Source: Phoronis australis
Taxonomy: Eukaryota > Animalia > Phoronida
NCBI GenBank assembly: GCA_002633005.1
Contig: NMRA01000157.1
Coordinates: 249,789 to 313,788, forward strand
Direction: 5' to 3'
Length of the DNA stretch: 64,000 nt
Part shown: in pieces, positions 27,201 through 33,590 of the stretch
Numbering within the stretch: position 1 is the stretch's first letter
How the letters are laid out: each line of letters starts with the position of its first letter
Position numbers and translations under genes: made by a program
Notes under the pieces: model-generated
Database searches by the model: none
Seen by the model: only the letters and a program-made list of their open reading frames with translations
What the model was told of the DNA's origin: nothing

Positions 27201-28682
27201 GCAAGCACATCTGCAGTGTCAACAAACAGCATAGCTTGCTGATCCAGAAACTGTGAAATAGCCTAGGAAGACGATCAACAATGTTACAGCCTAGTAGAAG
27301 ACCACAAAGATCCTATTAAGAAATAGCCTAGGACGAATCAAGGTTAGAGACTGGTTACAGTTCTCAATAATCCTACTGTAAAATATGACGAGAAGATGAC
27401 CAAAAACGCTAGAGATTGGTCGAAATTTACAAAGAACCTAGTAATTACCCAATGACGGAATGTTTTACACTCGGTCATGAGGGAAGGTAACTCTGACCAA
27501 GAATCCCTCTGCCCCGCAGTCATGACACGGATCTCCAGGTTACTTTGTCTACAAAATTTTGACTTGCACTGTAGGTTGCTGATGATTTTGCAGGCTTCGA
27601 AAGGATGTGAATATGTCCATTCGTTATAATAGAAAAGTTCGTTGGTGACTAGCCATGATTCAAACAGATGATTGTTCACAAATAAATGTTGGAGAAGGTA
27701 ATTGATGATCACCTCAATGGAGGCTCGTATTTAGCCCAAATTACTGGTTCACAACCATTTGAGGCTTGTTTTGAGCTCAAATTGCTCGCTCCCGCATATT
27801 AGAAGCTTGTTTTTAGCCCAAATTACTAGTTGCCGCCCATCCCACCCAGTTTCAATAAGATTTTAGAATAGATTCAAATACTCTGGGCCCTAAGTTAGGA
27901 AAGTAAATGATAATAAATGCAAATATAAACAGGGATAGACAAGAGCCAAGTTATCACAAGTCTTTAATAACACGGTTAACACTCACAGTGCACTTGTCCA
28001 CCTTGCCAGCATTACTCGCCCACTTCACCAGGGCCAAAAGTCGAACAAACAGCTGTCTGGTGCGACTCGCAAACTGAAATATCTCGATCTTTCGTTCCAT
28101 GTCCGTCTTGCGTGGCAAGCTTTAATGATTCAAACGAGACTGACCGACGTGAAACTGACAATCTGATAAACTGGTGAAAGCACAAATACGACGGCCATAA
28201 TTATGCCTAGGGAATGAGGATGCGCAAAAATCTAACGTGAAAATTTTACAAAATATTAAATTATTACATTTGCAGCATAAACACAGCCAATATCATGTAT
28301 GCAGAATTTGAAACCATGACACCCATTACCAAAAAACAAATGCAGCACAAAATGACAACTCAGTTTTAAAGCAAAACAAATAACGCAAACGCTTCAGATT
28401 CTCAACAAATGTTATTGTAAAAGCAATGAATTTACTACGCCACTACAAAGTCATTACGGGTAAAAAAAGTCTCAACATAATCACCTAAATACGAACAATC
28501 TTAGGAAATAATGATTCCCTCAAACGGGTTTGCAAACAGCGAGTTACTCACAGCTCTGACAGAACCGTCAACTCGTGGTATGTTCTCTGAAGTGAATAGT
28601 CGATCAATTGTCCTAAGCCAATGGTACCAACTGGCATCTGTCCACCAGAGGGCACAAGTTGACCCTCAATGATGGGAGGCAT
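1..28682 (-). CDS. MED14: Mediator of RNA polymerase II transcription subunit 14, whole coding span (34 coding exons, 3' end runs off the window)
   Basis: Spliced translation gives recognisable MED14 motifs: [76 protein letters not shown]-rich tract, PLERFLG. GT-AG boundaries are phase-consistent throughout; 4327 nt of CDS in the window. Confidence 0.96.
878..1006 (-). CDS. MED14: MED14 coding exon 33 ([17 protein letters not shown]...KILVM)
   Basis: LKW..Q.CLT.P motif; cag/GTGAGT boundaries. Confidence 0.9.
1321..1428 (-). CDS. MED14: MED14 coding exon 32 ([10 protein letters not shown]...[13 protein letters not shown])
   Basis: Conserved motif. Confidence 0.92.
2106..2167 (-). CDS. MED14: MED14 coding exon 31 ([21 protein letters not shown])
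   Basis: W.PDE...LEK.FET motif. Confidence 0.92.
2396..2513 (-). CDS. MED14: MED14 coding exon 30 ([12 protein letters not shown]...LQVKV)
   Basis: PGVIMF motif. Confidence 0.9.
2839..3053 (-). CDS. MED14: MED14 coding exon 29 ([14 protein letters not shown]...PLERFLG)
   Basis: Conserved motif. Confidence 0.92.
3526..3904 (-). CDS. MED14: MED14 coding exon 28, Ser/Pro-rich region (FPLASPPS...[14 protein letters not shown])
   Basis: Metazoan MED14 SP-rich motifs; cag/GTAAGT boundaries. Confidence 0.92.
4421..4678 (-). CDS. MED14: MED14 coding exon 27 (AFLNIFVD...[12 protein letters not shown]...SQQ)
   Basis: Conserved motif; donor GTGCCA is weak but phase-consistent. Confidence 0.88.
5249..5428 (-). 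CDS. MED14: MED14 coding exon 26 (FTILPQSST...VAIRDGA)
   Basis: Conserved motif. Confidence 0.92.
5990..6064 (-). CDS. MED14: MED14 coding exon 25 ([15 protein letters not shown]...PMLG)
   Basis: AINKL motif; cag/GTAAGT boundaries. Confidence 0.9.
6836..6988 (-). CDS. MED14: MED14 coding exon 24 (VSVKW...CSNPH...LAQ)
   Basis: Conserved motif; cag/GTAAG boundaries. Confidence 0.9.
7390..7790 (+). mobile_element. Helentron/HINE-like interspersed repeat fragment
   Basis: Starts AACAAGAGCAACGCGGA, the reverse complement of the end of the element near 45577; internal ccaaattt...aaaatc and gccactag repeats are shared with 28766-29341 and 41600-45577. Confidence 0.5.
7845..7936 (-). CDS. MED14: MED14 coding exon 23 (DVKNG...[11 protein letters not shown])
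   Basis: Y.YKK..L.YG motif; cag/GTAAGT boundaries. Confidence 0.9.
8000..8345 (-). mobile_element. Degenerate Penelope-like retroelement 3' fragment (GIY-YIG endonuclease C-terminus plus pseudo-LTR)
   Basis: Minus strand 8270-8150 reads [27 protein letters not shown](frameshift)GIYQCLVS, resembling the PLE end motif RKIxEAIEI...LNRDxGxxLPxIY; followed by a hammerhead core. Confidence 0.65.
8027..8077 (-). ncRNA. Minimal type I hammerhead ribozyme motif (PLE-associated, possibly degenerate)
   Basis: AGUGCC-CUGAUGA-A-GAGCC(CAAGAGA)GGCUC-GCAGUC-GAAA-GCUA^GGCUCU: core boxes present, stem I 5 of 6 pairs, stem II 5 bp, palindromic AGCU in place of stem III. Confidence 0.6.
9379..9519 (-). CDS. 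MED14: MED14 coding exon 22 ([11 protein letters not shown]...LQVYK)
   Basis: tag/GT boundaries, phase-consistent. Confidence 0.85.
10220..10268 (-). CDS. MED14: MED14 coding exon 21 ([16 protein letters not shown])
   Basis: tttcag/GTTTGT boundaries; restores frame. Confidence 0.82.
10510..10735 (+). repeat. Interspersed repeat (related copies near 53465-53680 and inverted near 22515-22655)
   Basis: Shared blocks gaa.tgattt..gg..tgcaaagaa, tgacgagtc and ccaattt..taacggtaag..gtctaaatcaaaa. Confidence 0.55.
11038..11152 (-). CDS. MED14: MED14 coding exon 20 (FPPVPG...LLSCTLRL...WMTE)
   Basis: Conserved motif, phase-consistent. Confidence 0.88.
11857..11933 (-). CDS. MED14: MED14 coding exon 19 ([14 protein letters not shown]...)
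   Basis: HQGV motif; tag/GTAAG boundaries. Confidence 0.88.
12132..12260 (-). CDS. MED14: MED14 coding exon 18 (ILLGF...[15 protein letters not shown])
   Basis: AMCD..PF motif. Confidence 0.9.
13026..13075 (-). CDS. MED14: MED14 coding exon 17 ([17 protein letters not shown])
   Basis: cag/GTTAG boundaries, KRK motif, phase-consistent. Confidence 0.82.
13312..13510 (-). CDS. MED14: MED14 coding exon 16 (VVDVAVSP...[10 protein letters not shown])
   Basis: THGP motif; cag/GT boundaries. Confidence 0.87.
14146..14305 (-). CDS. MED14: MED14 coding exon 15 (LWIVLRQ...TGFYL)
   Basis: tag/GTTAG boundaries, phase-consistent. Confidence 0.88.
15353..15934. mobile_element. hAT-type MITE with internal A-rich tract, nested in another MITE
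   Basis: GGGCTTGGAAT ... ATTCCAAGCCCTG; TACATGAA on both sides; A/G-rich run at 15469-15560. Confidence 0.75.
15976..16075 (-). CDS. MED14: MED14 coding exon 14 ([10 protein letters not shown]...FSSLR)
   Basis: cag/GTGAG boundaries, open frame, phase-consistent. Confidence 0.85.
16259..16387 (-). CDS. MED14: MED14 coding exon 13 ([19 protein letters not shown]...)
   Basis: tag acceptor chosen by phase; GTGAG donor. Confidence 0.85.
17278..17386 (-). CDS. MED14: MED14 coding exon 12 ([10 protein letters not shown]...AVGD)
   Basis: LSxEKLL motif; cag/GTGAG boundaries. Confidence 0.9.
18098..18230 (-). CDS. MED14: MED14 coding exon 11 ([10 protein letters not shown]...PHAIK)
   Basis: [11 protein letters not shown] motif; phase-consistent. 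Confidence 0.88.
18532..18620 (-). CDS. MED14: MED14 coding exon 10 ([11 protein letters not shown]...VSYW)
   Basis: Conserved motif, phase-consistent. Confidence 0.9.
19131..19174 (-). CDS. MED14: MED14 coding exon 9 ([15 protein letters not shown])
   Basis: Highly conserved motif; GTGAG donor. Confidence 0.92.
19175..20050 (-). other. U12-type (minor spliceosome) GT-AG intron of MED14
   Basis: 5' splice site GTATCCTTT at 20050; branch site TTCCTTGAC at 19193-19185, with its A 11 nt from the 3' end; splicing gives ...NCLHTFCQSLQ. Confidence 0.9.
19577..19960. mobile_element. Harbinger-like MITE family member (other copies near 8935-9143, 15085-15952, 55801-56080)
   Basis: Imperfect TIR GGGGyCyGTTTCAyGAAA(A)GTGACT ... 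AGTCAyTTT.CATrAAAC.G.CCC is shared by four copies. Superfamily assignment is an inference. Confidence 0.65.
20051..20129 (-). CDS. MED14: MED14 coding exon 8 ([13 protein letters not shown]...VYNCL)
   Basis: Ends at the U12 donor GTATCCTTT. Confidence 0.92.
21428..21456 (-). CDS. MED14: MED14 coding exon 7, 29-nt microexon ([10 protein letters not shown])
   Basis: tttcag acceptor, GTGAGT donor; restores the frame between exons 6 and 8 and matches the family DG.xLVH motif. Confidence 0.85.
21496..21840. repeat. Minisatellite, about 31-34 bp unit GGAGCCTAACAGTAyATAGTTCTAATACAGT, about 11 copies
   Basis: Directly visible tandem array with two alternating unit variants. Confidence 0.92.
22801..22929 (-). 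CDS. MED14: MED14 coding exon 6 ([13 protein letters not shown]...DPETG)
   Basis: Conserved motif, cag/GT boundaries. Confidence 0.92.
23409..23538 (-). CDS. MED14: MED14 coding exon 5 ([10 protein letters not shown]...LRRLTV)
   Basis: Conserved motif, cag/GT boundaries. Confidence 0.92.
24429..24507 (-). CDS. MED14: MED14 coding exon 4 ([26 protein letters not shown])
   Basis: Conserved motif, phase-consistent. Confidence 0.92.
24551..25042. mobile_element. hAT-type MITE (492 bp)
   Basis: TIR CAGGCCTTTATCCAG / CTGCATAAAGGCTTG; 8-bp target duplication GATTGACA at 24543-24550 and 25043-25050. Confidence 0.85.
25647..25741 (-). CDS. MED14: MED14 coding exon 3, duplicate copy (probably the other haplotype)
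   Basis: Same peptide as 27168-27262 with a synonymous GCA/GCG difference; lies in a duplication flanking an N gap. Confidence 0.6.
27168..27262 (-). CDS. MED14: MED14 coding exon 3 ([18 protein letters not shown]...)
   Basis: tag acceptor, GTAAG donor; second copy at 25647-25741. Confidence 0.85.
27987..28119 (-). CDS. MED14: MED14 coding exon 2 ([10 protein letters not shown]...KVDKCT)
   Basis: Conserved motif; AAG acceptor, GTGAGT donor. Confidence 0.92.
28552..28682 (-). CDS. MED14: MED14 coding exon 1 (MPPIIEGQ...YHELTVLSE)
   Basis: ATG at 28682 lies 9 nt after a ttattgcag acceptor, implying an upstream UTR exon; donor GTGAGT. Confidence 0.9.
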
Positions 28683-28765
28683 AGTTTCGTTCTGCAATAA
28701 AATTAGAACACAGTGTTACTTGGTTCCGTGGATAAAGACGTAATGCGGAATACTTTTATCAGGCA

Positions 28766-29341
28766 AACACCTGTAAGGGGTTCATGAGATGCAGCTAAGG
28801 ACACAAAATGCCATTAGACGACGTCAAATCCGTCACAACCATTCGAAAATCATCGCCAGCCATCCAATATGAATCTGTATACAAAATTCCATGGCCAATA
28901 AAGAGGCAGGTGACAAAAACCAGGCTCAAAAACAGTAAAAATTGTGATAATGAAGTGCAGAATAGCCCCAAACCAATCCAAAAACGAGATGTCAATATCT
29001 CTTTAATAGATATTTATTTGCTATTAAAATTCCGTGAAAATCCATCCAGGAACTCTAAAAAGACAAACACAGAAACTAAAACTGCCACCAGGGGGCACAC
29101 CAGCAGTCAAAGTTGTCTGAAAATTTGCTCATGCATCCCATGATTCCCATCTAGGATGGGCAAACGCCTGCGTAACTTCACGAATCTCCATCAACGGGTA
29201 ATGGAGACGCAGCACTGTAGCAGTGGAGGCGGCTGCATAGCCAGATAGAATAACGCACAGATAGAATAACACCAGATAGAATAACGCACAGATAGAATAA
29301 CGCACAGATAGAATAACGCACACACACAGGTGCATAAAAAA
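28766..29341 (+). mobile_element. HINE-like repeat with terminal microsatellite (AGATAGAATAACGCAC)n
   Basis: Internal aaattccgtgaaaatcca and gccaccagggggc motifs; about 5 copies of a 16-bp unit at 29243-29320; ends caggtgcataaaaa. Confidence 0.5.
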
Positions 29342-30471
29342 CTATTTGAATGAATTGATTGTTCTTGTGTTGCTATCCTTCGTTTGTAAAATTAACCTTA
29401 ATTTTTTGCAAATTACAAAAGCAAAAAGTATATATGTAAAAAATTTCTGATGTGCTCTGGAGATTAAAAATAAGAGTTGTAAGATGAATCCATGTCAAGT
29501 TGTAGCATGTACTCAGTTCAAACGAAGCTGAAGGACTGTTGACACGTTTTCACAAATTTGTGAAATGGATACAAATTAAAAGAATCTGAGAAAAATAGTT
29601 GCCGATTATCTTAGTACTATCCAAATCAAATTCCTTTGGCAAATTTAATGAACAGTAAACGGTCTTAACTGGCCATCTAGTACTCTCGAATGCCAGCCAA
29701 TGAGCCAAGTGATTGCTTTAGTTCCCGAGTTCAAGCTAGGTAAAAATTTAAAATGGTGGACTGACAAGTGGATACTTTAGTAAAAAGGCAAATGTTTTGG
29801 TTTAGCCCAACTTTACCGACTAGCAAAGTGGCTATGTGCTACTCCTACTCGGCTGCGATGTCTCGTGTTGAAGAAGCCATTGGTGAGCATTTCTTATTGT
29901 TGTGTACGCTAGCGCCATCTATTGTAGACTGAATTGTCTGATAGCACGTTTGGGTTTTTCAGCGTTTTGTATAACGAAATGGTATAACAACTATTGATTC
30001 ACATTGTCAGCTTTTACGTATTTTTGGCAAAATGAGAACATTGATCTTGCAATCTTATTCAAGGAAAAATATTTTTTGCTGTTAAGCTTTGAAGAGACTG
30101 AACCAGCATCTAAAACCAATGGAAATAGGATGTTGATTGGAGGAGGAAATTGATAACTGTCCCTACGTGAACCATTATGCAGCCTTCCCTCACACCTCTT
30201 CTCCTTTTGGAAGTGGCCTTTTTAATGACAGATTTCTCTAACTTGAGATTGTAATTTCTTGTGAAGGAAACGTGAATAGAACAGAGGAACATTATGTAAT
30301 ATTCCAGATATGTTTAGAAACAAATGTGAAGGTAACACGTTATTCCAAATTTCTCTGAAAATCGTTCACAAAAAACGCAAGCAAAGCCAGCACACATCAA
30401 CTCTGTGGTGAATCTGCAGCGAGTGTAGTAATATAAAGGCCTAGCTCTCTTAATCATCCAATGGGAACTTA

Positions 30472-30548
30472 CTCTTTGGTCGATTGGTTAAGACACCTGG
30501 CATTGAAGCAAGAGGTACAGGGTTCAAAACTTGGACTAGGTGTTTTTT
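30472..30548 (+). repeat. tRNA-derived (SINE-head-like) unit, copy 1
   Basis: A box TGGTCGATTGG, B box GGTTCAAAAC, T6 run; no acceptor stem. Confidence 0.6.
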
Positions 30549-30795
30549 CACTACATTGGCGTCTAACAACGCCAACGGTACGTACTCACGACAGCAGAAA
30601 GGGACCACACAGCCTGCCGAGTTTGATAGTACCATAATGGCTGAAGAGGGTCGAGGCGGACATAGAGGGGGCCGATCTGATGTTGAGTTCCAGGCGGCAT
30701 TGCCCATAATCATTGGAAGGGGAAGAGTGGGTTGAATCTGCAGTGAGTGAAGCCGAAGGCCTCTCTAAATCCCTCGCCTACGGCTACGGGCAATT

Positions 30796-30873
30796 GCGCT
30801 CTGGTCGACTGGTTAAGACGCCTGGCATTGAAGCAAGAGGTACTGGGTTCGAAACTTGGACTAGGAGATTTTT
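30796..30873 (+). repeat. tRNA-derived (SINE-head-like) unit, copy 2
   Basis: A box TGGTCGACTGG, D arm GTC/GAC, B box GGTTCGAAAC, T5 run; 325 nt from copy 1. Confidence 0.6.
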
Positions 30874-31069
30874 CACTACAACTCGTAAGTAGCACTGCCA
30901 GTGCCAGTGGTTTCTGGCAGCAACAGAACAGAAAAAAACTGAGATTCTGAGAAGAAAAGCAAATCACCCAAAGTTTTAGTAAACGAGAAAGAAAAACACA
31001 AGTCTAATTATTGAAGTACGTCGAGCCCATTGGGAAAGGTAAATAAATTACAATACAGCAACAGCATTA

Positions 31070-31525
31070 CTTACACGTAACAAGTTACTCAAGCTAAAAT
31101 AACCGCATTTTGACAATCACCAGCTCTTGCCCTCCATATTGGTTTGTCTAAGTAGTTCTTGTGAGAAGAACCAATATTGAAATTGGACTTGCTACTTCCG
31201 GTCTTTGGCTGATCCCAAAATAACGGAACTTTCGCTTTAAACAGTTTAATTGAGCACTTGCATTTAACTGCTTTGAATATCATGTTATTTTTTGAAACAA
31301 TTAATTGGAAAGAAAATTCAAACCTTAATTATTCCACCAGACGATAAGCCCTTTGCGGCCTAATTTGGGTGGCCAAGTTCGACACATACGATTTTCAACA
31401 TTTCTAACAACGAGATGTCTGTTCGTCTTTCCGGTGGGCACGAAATACGAATCACAGTCGATTGTGTATCAGTATCATCTGTTGAACTGTGAATTGCGTT
31501 CACATTGAAACAGCGACAGGTAAAC
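31070..31525. promoter_or_regulatory. Candidate bidirectional promoter and divergent non-coding first exons of MED14 and HTATSF1
   Basis: Both ATG exons start just after acceptors, so both need upstream UTR exons. There is a minus-strand donor GTAAGT at 31074, a plus-strand CAG|GTAAA at 31520 and an ETS-like ACTTCCGG near 31194. Location is inferred only. Confidence 0.4.
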
Positions 31526-31703
31526 GTCCTTGCTTCTTGGTTTTCAATGATTGTGTGCTTGAGTACCAGCAGGGAATGAACAAGGTTAATTAACCAGCTG
31601 ACCCGTCCCTTGTCCAGGGCCGGGGGCGATCGACCTTCGGCTTCGGCTTCTCAAGTCAATCTTTGAGATTTGACTTTGTTCTGTCCTCGCCCGTCGCACA
31701 TGT

Positions 31704-31784
31704 GTCCTCAGCTTCTGATCGTCCCCAATACACTACATATAATACTACTATGTAGTGTATTGGGGACGATCAGAAGCTGAGGAC
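31704..31784. repeat. Perfect 36-bp inverted repeat with 9-nt loop
   Basis: GTCCTCAGCTTCTGATCGTCCCCAATACACTACATA-taatactac-exact reverse complement. Confidence 0.95.
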
Positions 31785-33428
31785 GCCTGTGGCCCGTTGT
31801 CGGTATGTACACTGGACTGGTGTAGTTGGTCCACTAACCTATGGATATAGGCCAGGGTTGGTAATTCTCTAGACAATACCACTGTCTCAAATGGCCCCAG
31901 TAAAAAAGGTGACAAACACATAGGACCTAGCCAGTCAGCTAGCTGTATATGAACTTAGACTGTCGTCAAAATACAGCTAGGTAAGACTGTGTATTTCTTC
32001 TGTAGACCCCAAAATTTCACACGCCCAGGGTAGTTCTGCTCGTCACTTGGCCGTGGAACTTGTATCAACATGTAAAGCTTAGGACCGCACGGGGTGCATG
32101 CAAAATCTGGGGATCAACCGACGTTTACCTTGCCCATTACAGCTGTTTAACTGAAAAACAATGTAACAAATGTCATTTTCTTGTGTAACTTTCCGCCTTT
32201 TCTAACAATGAAAAGTATGTCGTCGTTTTGAAAAGAGTACACTCGTGTCACGCGCACGCGCCATTTCCTAAATTTTTGCGACAACTTCGCTGCAGCAAAA
32301 TTTATTCTGAAATTCGTTTTTTTGGTATCGAAATTCTAAAAACTTATAACGAAGTGAAACCAGTTCCAATAATTTGTTGTGACGTATACGCAACCTCGTG
32401 AAAAAACAACAGCTGATTGAAGAATCGGCGAAAACAGAAACTGGTGACGCAATATTTCATGGCACCGAAAGCTGACGCAGAAGATCGCTCCACAATTTGA
32501 GCAGCAGAATAACGGTAGAATGCCATTTTTTCCAACACCGTTAAATAATTTAGTTTACTCAAGGAAGACTGTAGTTTTTAATGACACTAATTTTGTGTCA
32601 GATTTTATCTTACCACTTTTTTACCCACATCGGTGCAAAGCTGTATATTTAGTATATACAGCTTTGTACCAAGGCTACATAGGACCATGATATGCTGGAA
32701 GTTTTTCAGCAAACTATACCTTAATCATCACAAATGGCCAGTTGCCAATTTAGACAACTGGAGGGACTGTTCCGAAAAATTTTGATTGCGGTTTCACCTC
32801 TTGTACTGGGACAAAATGTCATCGTTAATAACTGCTTAGGTTTATATGTAAAAAGTTTAATTACCAAAGTATTTGTTTGAATTGGAAGGGTTTAAAGACT
32901 CTGACAGCCTCCGAAACTGTGCTTGAAAGGTACTTATAGCTAAATGACTTGGATGGTTTAGCCAAAAATGTTATCAGGCATGTGGTGGCCCTATGGAATG
33001 GCCACTGTATGAGCCAGCTTTGTTGACCCAGGTCATATGGTACTAACTAATCACCATCCATCCTGCATCTCTGAAGCTTTTCTGCAAATTATGCTGCACC
33101 CTGTCTAAACTTAGAAAGCGATGCTACTATGTGTATCTTTGATTTCAGTTTGAGACAGACTGGGTGTTCACTGCTTATCTGCCTCTTTTTCAATGAGATT
33201 CAAAACGAAAATTCATTTAATGTTACCCCACTCACTGAAACTAGATTGAAAGTTCAAAACACTGTGGCTAGTGAAGTGGAAGACTTGTTGCTATGATTAC
33301 AGTGTTTCAGTTTGCGTATTTGCATTCCTATTGCCCAAATTCGATCTCTGTTGTCATCAGTTTTTTTCTTTGACAACATTTGCCCCATTTGTAATATTTG
33401 ATGTCCGCTTGCACTTAATTCCTGCAGG

Positions 33429-33590
33429 ATGTCGGATGACGAGAATTTTGAAGAGCAGCTACGGCAGGAAGCGTTAGCCAAGGTCAAGGACGAGGAAAAG
33501 GCAGTGGAAAGACAGCTAGGTGAATTATACACAGACAAAGATGGGACGGAATATGAATGGGATGCCGTGAAGAAGGCATGGTTCCCTAAG
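33429..33590 (+). CDS. HTATSF1: HTATSF1 coding exon 1
   Basis: cctgcag|G-ATG; MSDDENFEEQLR...AWFPK; GT donor. Confidence 0.92.

Larger units (their letters stand above)
25009..27535. repeat. Near-identical duplication 25009-26014 / 26525-27535 across an N gap (likely assembly haplotype duplicate)
   Basis: Both copies abut the gap 26015-26524; scattered SNPs and a 4-nt indel. Confidence 0.85.

Noticed and set aside
25647-27262. Mutually exclusive tandem exons in MED14 (and HTATSF1 37860/39706)
   Set aside because: Identical peptides, near-identical flanking introns and junctions at N gaps point to haplotype duplication.
30472-30873. Functional tRNA genes
   Set aside because: No acceptor stem, mismatched anticodon stem and a 6-nt loop; treated as tRNA-derived repeats.
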